Source: Bdellovibrionota bacterium
GTDB lineage: Bacteria; Bdellovibrionota_C; UBA2361; OMII01
NCBI GenBank assembly: GCA_044345405.1
Contig: JBIJBE010000015.1
Span: forward strand, 13,855 to 77,854
Direction: 5' to 3'
Length of the DNA: 64,000 nt
The notes beneath the pieces were generated by a model. The model ran no database searches. It was given only the letters and a program-made list of their open reading frames with translations, and was not told the origin of the DNA. Positions 36,822 to 46,594 of this stretch are shown here, piece by piece (position 1 is the first letter of the stretch; each line of letters starts with the position of its first letter). The position numbers and the translations under genes were made by a program.

Positions 36822-37325
36822 ATGAAAGAAACACTCAAAAGATACTCATTCAACCCTTCAGGACGAGCTCCTCGGGTCGGTTTCATATTTCTGACCGGTA
36901 TCGCGGTCGGCGCCACCCTCATGTACCTTCTTGAACCCCGAACACGTCTACGGCGACAAGCGATTCTGCGAGATAAGGCGATACACCTCGCCCATCGCTC
37001 GATGATTTTTGGAGGCAGGATCTCCCGACACCTTCGAAATCGCGCTCAAGGTCTCGTCGCCATCTCAGCGGACCTGCTTCGACCAGAGGGAATAGATTCG
37101 GATGACAAGGTCGCGGCGCGAGTTCGCTCGGCGCTTGGTCGAGCCACGAGACACGCGCATAGTATTACCGTCGAGGTCCAGGGCGGGCGGGTTTCTCTCA
37201 AGGGTCCCCTTGCCGCGCATGAGGCTGGCGGTGTGATTCAAGCGGCTGAGCGCGTCCGAGGGGTCAAGAGAGTGGAAAATCTCCTTACCCCTCCGATCCC
37301 TGAGGGCTCCTCACCGGTGCAATAG
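36822..37325 (+). CDS. Membrane-anchored BON domain protein
   Basis: GATLMYLLEP....RR.A..RDK anchor; DDKVAARVRSALGR, ITVEVQGGRVSLKG, VRGVKRVENLL. Confidence 0.85.
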   Translation: MKETLKRYSFNPSGRAPRVGFIFLTGIAVGATLMYLLEPRTRLRRQAILRDKAIHLAHRSMIFGGRISRHLRNRAQGLVAISADLLRPEGIDSDDKVAARVRSALGRATRHAHSITVEVQGGRVSLKGPLAAHEAGGVIQAAERVRGVKRVENLLTPPIPEGSSPVQ

Positions 37326-37455
37326 AGGGATGGGAGGGCACTCGCGAATCGTGCTGGCGCTTGGATTCATTTGATTTCATACTCCCGCCCTTTCCTGACG
37401 CAACCGCAATCGCTACACTAGGGCTCGCCTTCAAGAGAGCCTATGCGGTAGCGAT

Positions 37456-37923
37456 ATGTCCGAATCCACAACAGCGTCAGCGACTAAAAGAATTGAGATC
37501 TACACCGACGGAGCGTGCTCCGGAAACCCTGGACCAGGAGGGTGGGGCGCGGTTCTCAGGTTCCAGGGTAAGGACAAAGAGATATCCGGTGGACACCCCA
37601 CTACCACCAATAATCAGATGGAGCTCCAAGCGGCGATTGAGGCGCTTCGAGCGCTCAAGGAGCCGTGCATTGTAGATCTGTACACCGACTCCCAATATCT
37701 CCGGCAAGGCATCACCCAGTGGATCCACAATTGGAAAAAGAACGGGTGGAAGACAGCTGACAAAAAACCGGTCAAAAATCAGGAGCTGTGGGTTGCGCTC
37801 GACGGATTAGTGCGAGAGCACACGATTCAGTGGCACTGGCTCAAGGGTCATGCCGGACACCCCGAAAACGAGCGGTGCGATGAGCTCGCCCGTAACGAGA
37901 TCGATAAACTCCGCTCCCGGTAG
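37456..37923 (+). CDS. rnhA: Ribonuclease HI
   Basis: [52 protein letters not shown]. Confidence 0.98.
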   Translation: MSESTTASATKRIEIYTDGACSGNPGPGGWGAVLRFQGKDKEISGGHPTTTNNQMELQAAIEALRALKEPCIVDLYTDSQYLRQGITQWIHNWKKNGWKTADKKPVKNQELWVALDGLVREHTIQWHWLKGHAGHPENERCDELARNEIDKLRSR

Positions 37924-38044
37924 CGCTCAGTCTCGAAACGATACACACGACGCATCTCCCAATCGCTCACGCCTTATGAGTGCTATCACGGCGCCGTCAG
38001 GTCCGTTTTGCTACATCCACACCTACATCTAATCTCGGAGGCAT

Positions 38045-38263
38045 ATGCGTTTATACCCTTACATCCTTACAGCTCTCATTCTAGCGACCGGCGCCCTTTC
38101 AGGATGCGCGACTAAATCATCCGTGGCGAAAGCTAAGGATGAGGCGCGAGACGCTCATCGCATCGCCGAGCAAGCGCTCTCAACGGCGCAAGAAGCTAAC
38201 AATCGTTCGATCCGAACCGAGGAGATGGTCAACCGAAGTTTCCGTCACTCGATGCGTAAGTAG
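38045..38263 (+). CDS. Lpp/OprI-like alanine-zipper lipoprotein
   Basis: Lipobox LSG|C, Ala-rich heptads (AEQALSTAQEAN), C-terminal Lys (HSMRK); GGAGG RBS. Confidence 0.85.
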   Translation: MRLYPYILTALILATGALSGCATKSSVAKAKDEARDAHRIAEQALSTAQEANNRSIRTEEMVNRSFRHSMRK

Positions 38264-39244
38264 ATGCGCGCGCCATACCACACGCGAGAAGCTCTCTTCG
38301 TGGCTCTTCTCGTGTGGACGTTGGTCACGGCATATCCGAGTCAGGGAGAGGAATTTCGCCTCCCCTCTTCACGAAACGAGAGCGTGATTGGGGAACTACG
38401 ATACACGTTGGTAGGACAGGGAGATTCGCTCCTGGACATCGCGAGAGCGTTCGGTATCGGACACGACGAGATTCTTCTCGCTAATCCGCGGCTGAATAGA
38501 TGGGTACCACGGGTTGGAGCTGAGGTTCTCATTCCCTCGCTCTACGTCCTTCCACCGGGAGATCGTAAAGGAATCGTACTGAACCTCGCGGAGCTACGTC
38601 TCTATTTCTTTCCACCTGGCGCACAAGCCGTGCATACCTTTCCGGTGAGTGTCGGCGACTACGATTGGCGGACCCCTCAGGGCATCACTAAGATCGTATC
38701 GAAGCAGGTTAATCCTCCGTGGTATCCTCCAAAAAGTATTCGAGAGGAACATGCGGAGGACGGCGTTGAACTTCCCGCAATGGTCCCGGGCGGAGATCCG
38801 GATAATCCGCTCGGGGAATTCGCCCTCAAACTCGCCATACCTGGGTATCTGATTCACGGCACAGACCAGCGACGCTCCTTTGGAATAGGTATGCGAGTTA
38901 GTCACGGGTGTATCCGTCTCTATCCTGAGGATATTGAGCGTCTCTATTCGATGGCACCTGTCGGAACTCCCGTTCGAATTATCGATCAGCCCGTAAAAGC
39001 AGGACTTCTGGGCGGTCAACTCTTCCTTGAGGTGCATCAGCCACTTACCGAGGAGGAAGACCCCGTGCCTGATCAACTGGACCTCGAGGAGATCATCGGG
39101 GAACTTCGCCCTTACGCTCGGGAGGGAATCGAGATCGACCTAGGCCGCGTTGAGTCGGCTATGCGTCACGGGGATGGGATACCGACGGTGGTGTCCTCTG
39201 AGCGCGCGCCGGAGGAGGAATTCTGGAGCGATCCCTATTTTTAG
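38264..39244 (+). CDS. L,D-transpeptidase (ErfK/YcfS/YnhG-type) with LysM-like domain
   Basis: GDSLLDIARAF.IG..E...ANP, IVLNLAELRLYFF, TPQG, NPPWYPP, NPLG, YLIHGT, VSHGCIRL. Confidence 0.95.
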   Translation: MRAPYHTREALFVALLVWTLVTAYPSQGEEFRLPSSRNESVIGELRYTLVGQGDSLLDIARAFGIGHDEILLANPRLNRWVPRVGAEVLIPSLYVLPPGDRKGIVLNLAELRLYFFPPGAQAVHTFPVSVGDYDWRTPQGITKIVSKQVNPPWYPPKSIREEHAEDGVELPAMVPGGDPDNPLGEFALKLAIPGYLIHGTDQRRSFGIGMRVSHGCIRLYPEDIERLYSMAPVGTPVRIIDQPVKAGLLGGQLFLEVHQPLTEEEDPVPDQLDLEEIIGELRPYAREGIEIDLGRVESAMRHGDGIPTVVSSERAPEEEFWSDPYF

Positions 39245-39336
39245 GGGCGTTACGCCCCTACCATCCCTGGGCCTTAAGGCTTGTCAACGACCCCGCTGAG
39301 CGGTAGTTTTTCCCAACCACTTGGTCCGGAGGTATT

Positions 39337-39936
39337 ATGAAGAAAGCCATCATCGTCGCGTCGCTTCTCTCATCTTTTGTGCTCGCGTCACACGCGCATG
39401 CCGAGGATATCAACGACGTCTTCAAGAAAGTGAACGAGTACGTTCAGCAGAAGAACTATCCGAAAGCGATGGAAGAGCTCTCGTGGGCGCAGAAGGAATT
39501 GGAGAAACTTCATCAGGAGAGACTCTCGGAGCTTCTCCCCGCTGAGGTGAACGGTTTCAAAGGTGGTGACACCCAGGTTCAACAGATGATGGGCTTCTCT
39601 AATATTGAGCGTGAATACACCAACGGCGAGAAGTCTATCCGTATCGCTATCACCGGCACCGGGGGCACCGACGGCATGGGCGGGCTCGCCGGACTCGCGA
39701 AGATGGGAATGATGATGGGAGCTACACAGTCCGGTCGCGATCAATTCCGTATCAGCGGAAGAACAGCGACCCTCGACACGACAAATGATTCTCCGGAGCT
39801 TTCGATATTCCTTGAGAGTGGGGCGCTCATGCAGCTCACGACCGGAGATGGCGTTACTGGAGACACATTGAAGAAATTCGCCGAGTCGCTCAAGATCGCG
39901 GAGCTTGACGCTTACCTCAAAGGCGCCAAGAACTAA
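39337..39936 (+). CDS. Secreted hypothetical protein
   Basis: GGAGG RBS, signal peptide ending AHA|E, Gly/Met-rich loop. Confidence 0.8.
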   Translation: MKKAIIVASLLSSFVLASHAHAEDINDVFKKVNEYVQQKNYPKAMEELSWAQKELEKLHQERLSELLPAEVNGFKGGDTQVQQMMGFSNIEREYTNGEKSIRIAITGTGGTDGMGGLAGLAKMGMMMGATQSGRDQFRISGRTATLDTTNDSPELSIFLESGALMQLTTGDGVTGDTLKKFAESLKIAELDAYLKGAKN

Positions 39937-39959
39937 GGCACCCGACCCTCGTTCCGTGA

Positions 39960-40000
39960 CGCGCTCACCGTCTGCTCCACGGTGAGCGCGTTTGTTTTTT
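39960..40000 (+). terminator. Rho-independent terminator
   Basis: CGCGCTCACCGT-CTGCTCC-ACGGTGAGCGCG then TTTGTTTTTT. Confidence 0.9.
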
Positions 40001-40123
40001 GGACCGCCGGTTGGCCGGCTGACTAGGGCCATTTAGTCGTTAGTCGTATCCTCTCTATCGTTGTGTTTTGTCCGAAAGTAGAAGACGATTGAGACGAACA
40101 ACGGATCTTTCCAAGGTGAGTAT

Positions 40124-40855
40124 ATGCGCGCGTTTCGCCTCTCCCTCTCCACTACCCTCGCTGTAAGCCTGTTCCTGTCGTCATACCACTCCTTCGCCGA
40201 GGAGAGACTTACCGGCATCTCCGTGACTGGCGAGTGTCTCAAAAAAGTGGCTCGCGACAGAGCGGCGGTGACGATCTCATCATCTATGGTCGCGCCGACC
40301 GCCAAGGAGTCCTCAAAAAAAGCGACCGAGGCGCACGAAGCGATTAAAGCGGACGTGCGCGCGCTCAAGCACGCGAATCTCACGGTTGGGACGGCGGGAT
40401 ACTCCGTCGATCAAGAATGCAACTACAGCGGCAAGATATCGGGGCGAGTGTGCGAGGGATACCGCACCACGATCTCAACTCGATTCGAAACTCCCAACTT
40501 CGTTGATCTTGAGGACATCATCGGTATCGCCTCCAAGCGTGGTGCGGAGAACGTGTCGCGACTTGAGGCCTTCGTTTCACCTGTAGCCCTTAAAAACGAA
40601 CGCGAGAGCTGTCTCGAGATAGCGACAAAGGACGCGCACGCGAAGGCTGAAAAGATAGCGGCCGGCGCTGGCGTTCAACTCGGAAAGCTCATCTCCGTGG
40701 CTGAGGGAACGAACGAACAAACACAACCCTTTATGGCGCGGGGCGCGATGGCGATGAGCGCTCACGAGTCTATCGCGGATAAGAGCGGCCCAACGATCGA
40801 AGCGGAACCACTTGATCTCCGGGTGTCGGTGAACGCCGTCTATGCTATTCAGTAA
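40124..40855 (+). CDS. SIMPL (DUF541) domain periplasmic protein
   Basis: Signal peptide; ISVTGE....V..DRA; A.KDA.AKAE.IA..AGV.LGKLISV.E; C-terminal V...YAI. Confidence 0.88.
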   Translation: MRAFRLSLSTTLAVSLFLSSYHSFAEERLTGISVTGECLKKVARDRAAVTISSSMVAPTAKESSKKATEAHEAIKADVRALKHANLTVGTAGYSVDQECNYSGKISGRVCEGYRTTISTRFETPNFVDLEDIIGIASKRGAENVSRLEAFVSPVALKNERESCLEIATKDAHAKAEKIAAGAGVQLGKLISVAEGTNEQTQPFMARGAMAMSAHESIADKSGPTIEAEPLDLRVSVNAVYAIQ

Positions 40856-40860
40856 CCACT

Positions 40861-41280
40861 ATGAGTACTCCCTCACCCTGGACAGTGGATCATATCGGCA
40901 TCGCGGTTTCTGATATCGACGCCGCCATCGCGCTCTACGCTTCGACCGCTGGCACCTCAGTTACCCTGAGGGAAAAGCTTGTAGACCGCGGCGTGGAGCT
41001 CGCGTTTCTTAACACAGGGGGCACGAAGCTTGAGCTCCTCATGCCGTTACGACACGATACACCGATCGCGAAATTTCTCGCCAAACGAGGCCCAGGTCTT
41101 CACCACGTTTGCTACAAGGTTGATAACATCCGACAGGAGATGGAACGGCTGAAGCAACTTGGCGCGAACCTGATCGACACGACCCCTCGCCCGGGTGCGA
41201 CGGGAACTATCATAGCCTTCCTTGAGCCGGTGTCATTTTCAGGTGTACTTACCGAACTGTGTGAGTATACAAACAGTTAG
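40861..41280 (+). CDS. mce: Methylmalonyl-CoA epimerase
   Basis: DHIGIAV, KLELL.P, IAKFL.KRGPGLHHVCY.V, PRPGA, GVLTEL.E. Confidence 0.9.
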   Translation: MSTPSPWTVDHIGIAVSDIDAAIALYASTAGTSVTLREKLVDRGVELAFLNTGGTKLELLMPLRHDTPIAKFLAKRGPGLHHVCYKVDNIRQEMERLKQLGANLIDTTPRPGATGTIIAFLEPVSFSGVLTELCEYTNS

Positions 41281-41340
41281 CGGTTATTGCCCCCCGCAAG
41301 AGCGCGCTTCCTGGTTTTTGAGGGGATACTACGGGTACTA

Positions 41341-41511
41341 CGTGAACGTGCTCGTAAACGTGAACGTACCCGAAAAAAACTTCCCCCTCGATTGATAGCT
41401 GAACAACGACGCAAAGCGCCTACAAAGCAAGTGGACGCCATGCATGTGGGCTACGTGCGAATAATGGGGCACGGGTACGTTCTCGTTTACGTTTACGTGC
41501 ACGAGCACGTG
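41341..41511. repeat. Imperfect inverted repeat with hexamer (CGTnnn) arms around a ~100 nt spacer
   Basis: Left 41341-41372 CGTGAA CGTGCT CGTAAA CGTGAA CGTACC CG; reverse complement of right 41472-41511 CA CGTGCT CGTGCA CGTAAA CGTAAA CGAGAA CGTACC CG. Confidence 0.8.
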
Positions 41512-41642
41512 ATTTATAGGCTAAACAAGGAGTTACGTTCTCTGAGTGCTCGTTACTTCCCATTCAAAAGCCTTACGCGCCCCAATTAATTTCGCTATAG
41601 ATTGAACAAGCTGGTAGTATAAGCGCCGTTGTGAGGGATCTT

Positions 41643-42062
41643 ATGAAACACACGCACTACCTAATGCTGGCATCGGCTCTTATCGCCACTATGCTTCTTT
41701 CGATCGCTTCGGCGGAGGCTTCAAGCACCTGCGAAGAGCTGATCACGACCTGCTTCGTCTCCTCACCCGAGGATCGAGACGAGTGCATTAAGACGGCCTC
41801 CGTCACCACTACATGCGAGGCATCTACCATTCACGCCCTGGTCTCCAAACGCGCGCAGTTCGCAACCATCAAGGATATTCCCCAAGAGGGCCCCGCGTTC
41901 CTCGGCCCACAAATTGTTGATCAACGATGTGTATCTCAATTCGATACAACCTGGTCAGCGGCACTCGTAAACGGCTCGCTTTCAAGGGAGTCTCTATCTT
42001 CCCTCTCCGCCGCCCTCGACGAGTGCGCGAAAGCTGATGCTCCAGTACTCCCACAGCTGTAG
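41643..42062 (+). CDS. Secreted Cys-rich hypothetical protein
   Basis: Signal peptide ending AEA|S; 6 Cys in the mature part; GAGGG RBS. Confidence 0.7.
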   Translation: MKHTHYLMLASALIATMLLSIASAEASSTCEELITTCFVSSPEDRDECIKTASVTTTCEASTIHALVSKRAQFATIKDIPQEGPAFLGPQIVDQRCVSQFDTTWSAALVNGSLSRESLSSLSAALDECAKADAPVLPQL

Positions 42063-42110
42063 TTATCCCAACCGATTGACGTATCCGGCTAGGAAACGTA
42101 GCCTCTCACT

Positions 42111-42614
42111 ATGACGATGCACTCCGCTCCCCTTGTCGGTCTCATTATGGGTTCTCATTCTGATTGGGAGACCCTCGCCGCCACAGCTGAGACCCTTGAA
42201 ACGCTCGGCGTGTCGTATGAGACGAAGATCGTCTCAGCGCACCGCACACCCGAGCTTCTCGTCGAATACGCCACGAAAGCGGCATCTCGGGGGCTTGAAG
42301 TTATCATCGCTGGCGCCGGGGGCGCGGCGCACCTTCCAGGCATGGCGGCGTCGATGACCCATCTCCCCGTTATCGGAGTTCCGGTAGAATCAAAGATCCT
42401 TAAAGGAATCGATTCCCTCCTCTCCATCGTGCAGATGCCGAAAGGAGTTCCTGTAGCGACCGTCGCGATCGGCACGGCGGGAGCCGCGAACGCGGCGATA
42501 CTCGCGGCGAGCATCCTTGGCATCAAACACCCCCACATCTCAAAGGCGGTTCAGGGCTATCGCCTCCAGCAAACCGAGTCCGTGCTCAAAACGCCTCCAC
42601 CAACCCTCAAGTAA
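42111..42614 (+). CDS. purE: N5-CAIR mutase
   Basis: [43 protein letters not shown]. Confidence 0.98.
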   Translation: MTMHSAPLVGLIMGSHSDWETLAATAETLETLGVSYETKIVSAHRTPELLVEYATKAASRGLEVIIAGAGGAAHLPGMAASMTHLPVIGVPVESKILKGIDSLLSIVQMPKGVPVATVAIGTAGAANAAILAASILGIKHPHISKAVQGYRLQQTESVLKTPPPTLK

Positions 42615-42617
42615 GAT

Positions 42618-43697
42618 ATGAAGATAGGAATTCTGGGAGCTGGACAACTGGGAAGGATGTTAGCTCTCGCCGGATATCCTCTCGGACACTCTGTCGTTTT
42701 CTTCGATCAAGCGCCTGGAGAATCGACAACCGGAATTGGAACCACGCATGTTGGATCATTCTCTGATCAGCGTGCGCTCGCGGCCTTCGCCAAAGAGTGC
42801 GATGTGGTGACCTATGAGTTCGAGAACGTTCCGTGTGAAAGTGCTCATTTCCTCGCGAGTTCAATACCGGTCTATCCTCCCCCTCGTGCCCTTGAAGTAT
42901 CTCAAGATCGGGTTATCGAAAAAACCTTTATTCAGAACCTTGGCATAGCCACCCCTCGGTTTGAGGCGGCCTCCTCAGAGAGCGAGCTTCTTGAAGCCTG
43001 CAAGAAGGTCGGCGTGCCATGCATCGCGAAGACCCGTCGCTTCGGCTACGACGGCAAGGGACAGGCACGAATATCTGATATCGAAGATGTCCCCACGGTA
43101 TGGAAGGCCTTAGGCGGAACGCCGCTCATCGTTGAGGGGTTCGTTCAATTTTCTCGAGAGCTCTCCGTTATCGCGGCCCGAGATCTTCACAGCGACATCG
43201 CGGTCTATCCCCTCGCTCACAACGAACACGTCGACGGAATCCTACACCGCACTGAAATCCCAGCGCCCGATCTTTCCCCAACTCTTCGACACGAGGCGCA
43301 CGCGATCGCGACGAAGATTTTACAGGAATTGAACTACGTTGGAGTGCTCGCTATCGAGCTTTTCCAAGTAGGCGATCACCTCCTCGTAAACGAGATGGCG
43401 CCTCGAGTTCACAATTCAGGACACGCCACTATCGATGGTATGATCACGAGTCAGTTCGAAAACCATATCCGCGCCATTACCAGAATGCATCTCGGATCGA
43501 CCGAGGCTCGCGCGCGCTCAGTCATGTACAACCTTGTTGGAACGCTCCCGGACGCGAAAGAGATCTCCTCGATATCGGACGCCAAGATTCACCTCTACGG
43601 TAAATCCCCTCGCGCTGGACGAAAGCTAGGGCACATCACCCTCCTGAATCCCTCGGAATCGACCGAGAACGCGCTCAAAGCTCACCTTGGCTCCTGA
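42618..43697 (+). CDS. purK: N5-CAIR synthetase
   Basis: GILGAGQLGRML, VTYEFEN, QDR..EK, GYDGKGQ, NEMAPRVHNSGH, SQFENH.RA, GRKLGH. Confidence 0.97.
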   Translation: MKIGILGAGQLGRMLALAGYPLGHSVVFFDQAPGESTTGIGTTHVGSFSDQRALAAFAKECDVVTYEFENVPCESAHFLASSIPVYPPPRALEVSQDRVIEKTFIQNLGIATPRFEAASSESELLEACKKVGVPCIAKTRRFGYDGKGQARISDIEDVPTVWKALGGTPLIVEGFVQFSRELSVIAARDLHSDIAVYPLAHNEHVDGILHRTEIPAPDLSPTLRHEAHAIATKILQELNYVGVLAIELFQVGDHLLVNEMAPRVHNSGHATIDGMITSQFENHIRAITRMHLGSTEARARSVMYNLVGTLPDAKEISSISDAKIHLYGKSPRAGRKLGHITLLNPSESTENALKAHLGS

Positions 43698-43755
43698 AAG
43701 GCCTGTTTTCCACTTCGCATTTGTCCTCTTCAAGGCAAGGTTGTACCGTAGGTGT

Positions 43756-44361
43756 ATGAGACGTTCGTTAAAAGAGATCGTGTACCTATCGCTCGTGGCA
43801 ACCACACTCGGTCTATGCGACGTTCCACTAAGCTTCGCGGTTCCGATCACCCAAAAGCTCGTGCGCCCCTCCTCAAGCATTAAGTTTGGGGTGGAATCCC
43901 CTTCCCCCGCATTGCAGATGAACGGTCACCTTCAAACGTTCGCGGGCACCGTCACCCTCAATCAAGATGGCTCCGCGGTTTCACAGCTCGATATGACAGT
44001 TCAGCTCGACTCAGCGCAACTGCCCCCCGACCAAATGCTCCAAGCTATATTTTTGCACTCCGTCATCGCTCGCTTCAAAAAACACGTGGCTACCTTTCGA
44101 AGCTCCGCGGTAGAGCAGGTCAGCGGTGACGAATATCGAGCGACCGGTAGCTACACGTGGCAAAACAGGAATCGCCCCGCCACTCTTCCCTTTCGCCTCG
44201 TACGCGCCTCGCCTGAACACTCAGAGCTGCGCATCCTGATGCGAGGGGCGCTCACCGATGCGACGACCCCAAAAGAACTGACAGCGGCGGCGCCAGCCGC
44301 CTCTGAATCGTCAGGATGGGCCCGAGCGACTCTGATCTTTTCGCGCTCGAAGAGTGGTTAA
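43756..44361 (+). CDS. YceI-like periplasmic protein
   Basis: Signal peptide; SSIKFGV, G....F.G.V, ATFRSS, YRATG. Confidence 0.65.
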   Translation: MRRSLKEIVYLSLVATTLGLCDVPLSFAVPITQKLVRPSSSIKFGVESPSPALQMNGHLQTFAGTVTLNQDGSAVSQLDMTVQLDSAQLPPDQMLQAIFLHSVIARFKKHVATFRSSAVEQVSGDEYRATGSYTWQNRNRPATLPFRLVRASPEHSELRILMRGALTDATTPKELTAAAPAASESSGWARATLIFSRSKSG

Positions 44362-44798
44362 CGACCAACTAAAACAGCCCCGAGCGCGAGTAGTCCGCAT
44401 CCGAGCAAACGAGTGACAGAGACTTGAATAACCGGCATTCCTAGTAATCCGAAGTGATCCACGATGAGGCTGGTCAACGCCTGTCCAACCACGAGAAGCG
44501 CGATGGTATGAGCCGCGCCGATGCGGGGTATGAGAAATGCTGTCCCCATCACAAGCATCACTCCGGCGACACCTGCGAGAAGTGTCCATCGAGGGGCCTG
44601 CGAGAGCCCTTGCAACGAGGTGAGGCTACCCGTCACGATCATAGCCGCGAGAAGAAAGAGCGCTCCGATAATGAAGTTAATCAAGGTCGCCGGCGCGGTT
44701 CCACCAAGCGCCATCATGACACGAGAGTTCATGCCGCCTTGAATCACAACCAACGCGCCTACCCCAAGGCCCACAAGGATATTCAGATACATTCCCAT
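44358..44798 (-). CDS. DMT family transporter (YdcZ/DUF606-like)
   Basis: QGGMNS, INFIIG, PRW, PRIGA, GQ...SL..DHFG. Confidence 0.88.
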   Translation of the reverse strand: MGMYLNILVGLGVGALVVIQGGMNSRVMMALGGTAPATLINFIIGALFLLAAMIVTGSLTSLQGLSQAPRWTLLAGVAGVMLVMGTAFLIPRIGAAHTIALLVVGQALTSLIVDHFGLLGMPVIQVSVTRLLGCGLLALGAVLVGR

Positions 44799-44954
44799 AT
44801 ACAGCTCCCATGCACGACGAAGAGTCGTTATCTATAACCTTCCTAGCACTCTAAAACACCCCTATTATTGAATAATACGCGGAGTATCTCTCCCATTTTC
44901 CAAGAACATACGATTAATGGCATACTCCCCCCGGGTCACGGGAAAGGGTCATTC

Positions 44955-45950
44955 ATGAGTACTGAGGTCGAAAAAACCGATATTCAAAGAGCTGCGGCGC
45001 TCCTCACCGACGGGAAGCTTGTAGCCTTCCCTACCGAGACCGTCTACGGACTCGGCGCGGACGCGCGCCAAGCTTCAGCCGTGGCGCGAATCTACACCGC
45101 TAAGGGACGACCATCGAACAATCCGCTTATCGTCCACGTAGCGACCGTCGTGGAGTTTTACCGGTACGCGGATATCGAATCCTCATGGAACCCCTCGATC
45201 GTCAAGGAGTGGCTCCGTAAACTCACGCCGCTGTGGCCAGGTCCCCTCTCAGTCATTCTCCCCAGAGGAAAAGAGATCGCGGAGAACGTTTCGGCCGGAG
45301 GGCCATCCGTCGCGCTTCGAGTTCCTCGACACCCCGTCGCGCTTGAGCTCCTTCGAGCGTTCAAAGGCCCAGTCGCGGCGCCAAGCGCGAACCCATCGAT
45401 GTACGTCAGTCCGACCACCGCGCACCATGTGCGTGAAAGCTTAGGCGATAAAGTTGATTTCATTTTAGACGGTGGGCCGTGTGAGGTGGGCCTCGAATCC
45501 ACTGTACTTTCACTCCTTACGTCAACTCCACGCGTTCTCCGCCCCGGAGCGATAACCCTCGATACGATTCGACATACCCTTGGATGTCCCGTTGAAGGCC
45601 CGATCTCATCAGGAGAACCTCAAACTGGAGGGCTCCTCTCGCCAGGCCTTCTCGCGAAGCACTACTCCCCCACTACGAAAGTGCGATTACGAACCACGAT
45701 AGCGCTCGGCGAGAAACTCCCCGAGCGAACCGGCGCCCTTATCTTCTCCGATTGGAAGCCCGAGTTTCCAGCGACCGAACGTCGAGTCTTAAGCAAATGC
45801 GGAGATCTCGAGGAGATCGCGGCTCGATTATTCGGCGCCCTTCGCGAGCTCGATCAAGCCAACCTCGATCTGATTGTGGTCGATACCTGTGAGCCGATAG
45901 GCTTAGGCGAAGCGATCATGGATCGATTGGTGCGGGCGAGTCGGCAGTAG
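44955..45950 (+). CDS. sua5: L-threonylcarbamoyladenylate synthase, Sua5 type
   Basis: VAFPTETVYGLGA, KGRPSNNPLIVH, WPGPL, AAPSAN, SPTTA.HV, G.ESTV, SPG....HYSP, C-terminal SUA5 domain. Confidence 0.95.
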   Translation: MSTEVEKTDIQRAAALLTDGKLVAFPTETVYGLGADARQASAVARIYTAKGRPSNNPLIVHVATVVEFYRYADIESSWNPSIVKEWLRKLTPLWPGPLSVILPRGKEIAENVSAGGPSVALRVPRHPVALELLRAFKGPVAAPSANPSMYVSPTTAHHVRESLGDKVDFILDGGPCEVGLESTVLSLLTSTPRVLRPGAITLDTIRHTLGCPVEGPISSGEPQTGGLLSPGLLAKHYSPTTKVRLRTTIALGEKLPERTGALIFSDWKPEFPATERRVLSKCGDLEEIAARLFGALRELDQANLDLIVVDTCEPIGLGEAIMDRLVRASRQ

Positions 45951-45970
45951 CATACATGCTTTGGATGTAT

Positions 45971-46074
45971 CGGTGACGATGACGTAGAGGTTTTACCGTC
46001 ACCGTACGTCGTCATCGTCGCTGACGTAGTATGTACCGAGGGGACTTGTCCCCCGAAGCTTTAGCGAAGGGGGA
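45971..46074. repeat. Cluster of short palindromes between convergent sua5 and cheY, including a REP-like element
   Basis: CGGTGACGATGACGTA can pair with downstream CGTCACCG or CGTCATCGTCGCTG; TCCCCC-GAA-GCT-TT-AGC-GAA-GGGGGA at 46049-46074. Confidence 0.6.
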
Positions 46075-46078
46075 AGGA

Positions 46079-46477
46079 CTAGCGATTAAGTATATCCTGC
46101 ATCTTCTCCTGCAGAGCCTCAACCGTGAACGGTTTGGCGATGTAGTTCGAAACTCCCGCTCTGGCGGCTTCAATAATATTCTCTTTCTTGGTCTCGGCGG
46201 TGACCATCAAGAAGGGCATTCGTCGATACTTATCATCAGCTCGAATCGCTCGGAGAAGATCGATCCCCATCATCTTGGGCATGTGCCAATCGCAGATAAT
46301 AAACTCGACCTCTTGATCAGCCTGGAGCTTTTCAAGGGCATCGACGCCATCGGTCGCCTCTACAACGTTTTCAAACCCAAGGGCGAGAAGGGTGCGCTTG
46401 ATCAACTTGCGCTGCGTCGGGAAATCATCGACGACCAGTATCTTCATATCCCGTTTTGATTCGTAGTTGCTCGGCAT
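46079..46477 (-). CDS. cheY: Chemotaxis response regulator CheY
   Basis: KILVVDD, EA.DG.DAL, ICDWHMPKM.G..LL, PFLMVTAE, AG..NYI.KPFT; stand-alone receiver domain. Confidence 0.9.
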   Translation of the reverse strand: MPSNYESKRDMKILVVDDFPTQRKLIKRTLLALGFENVVEATDGVDALEKLQADQEVEFIICDWHMPKMMGIDLLRAIRADDKYRRMPFLMVTAETKKENIIEAARAGVSNYIAKPFTVEALQEKMQDILNR

Positions 46478-46545
46478 TCCCAGTCCCTAGAGGAGCACGC
46501 ACCCGCAAAGCGGAGCGCGAATGCTCGCCTATTATCCTATCGGTA

Positions 46546-46573
46546 AGGTCGGCATGCCTCCCAAAAAACTTGA
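46546..46573 (-). promoter_or_regulatory. Putative sigma28-type promoter of cheY
   Basis: Minus strand TCAAG-N15-GCCGACCT about 70 nt upstream of cheY. Confidence 0.55.
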
Positions 46574-46594
46574 GAGCGAGAGTACGTTTCCCAG

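Noticed and set aside
41408-41417. GACGCAAAGC as part of a c-di-GMP-I riboswitch
   Set aside because: The upstream GGCAAA...GAAA stem and the downstream P3 elements are missing.
41287-41589. 100 aa ORF across the hexamer inverted repeat
   Set aside because: Translation (RERARKRER, VYVYVHEHV) just reflects the hexamer arms; TTG start without a clear RBS.
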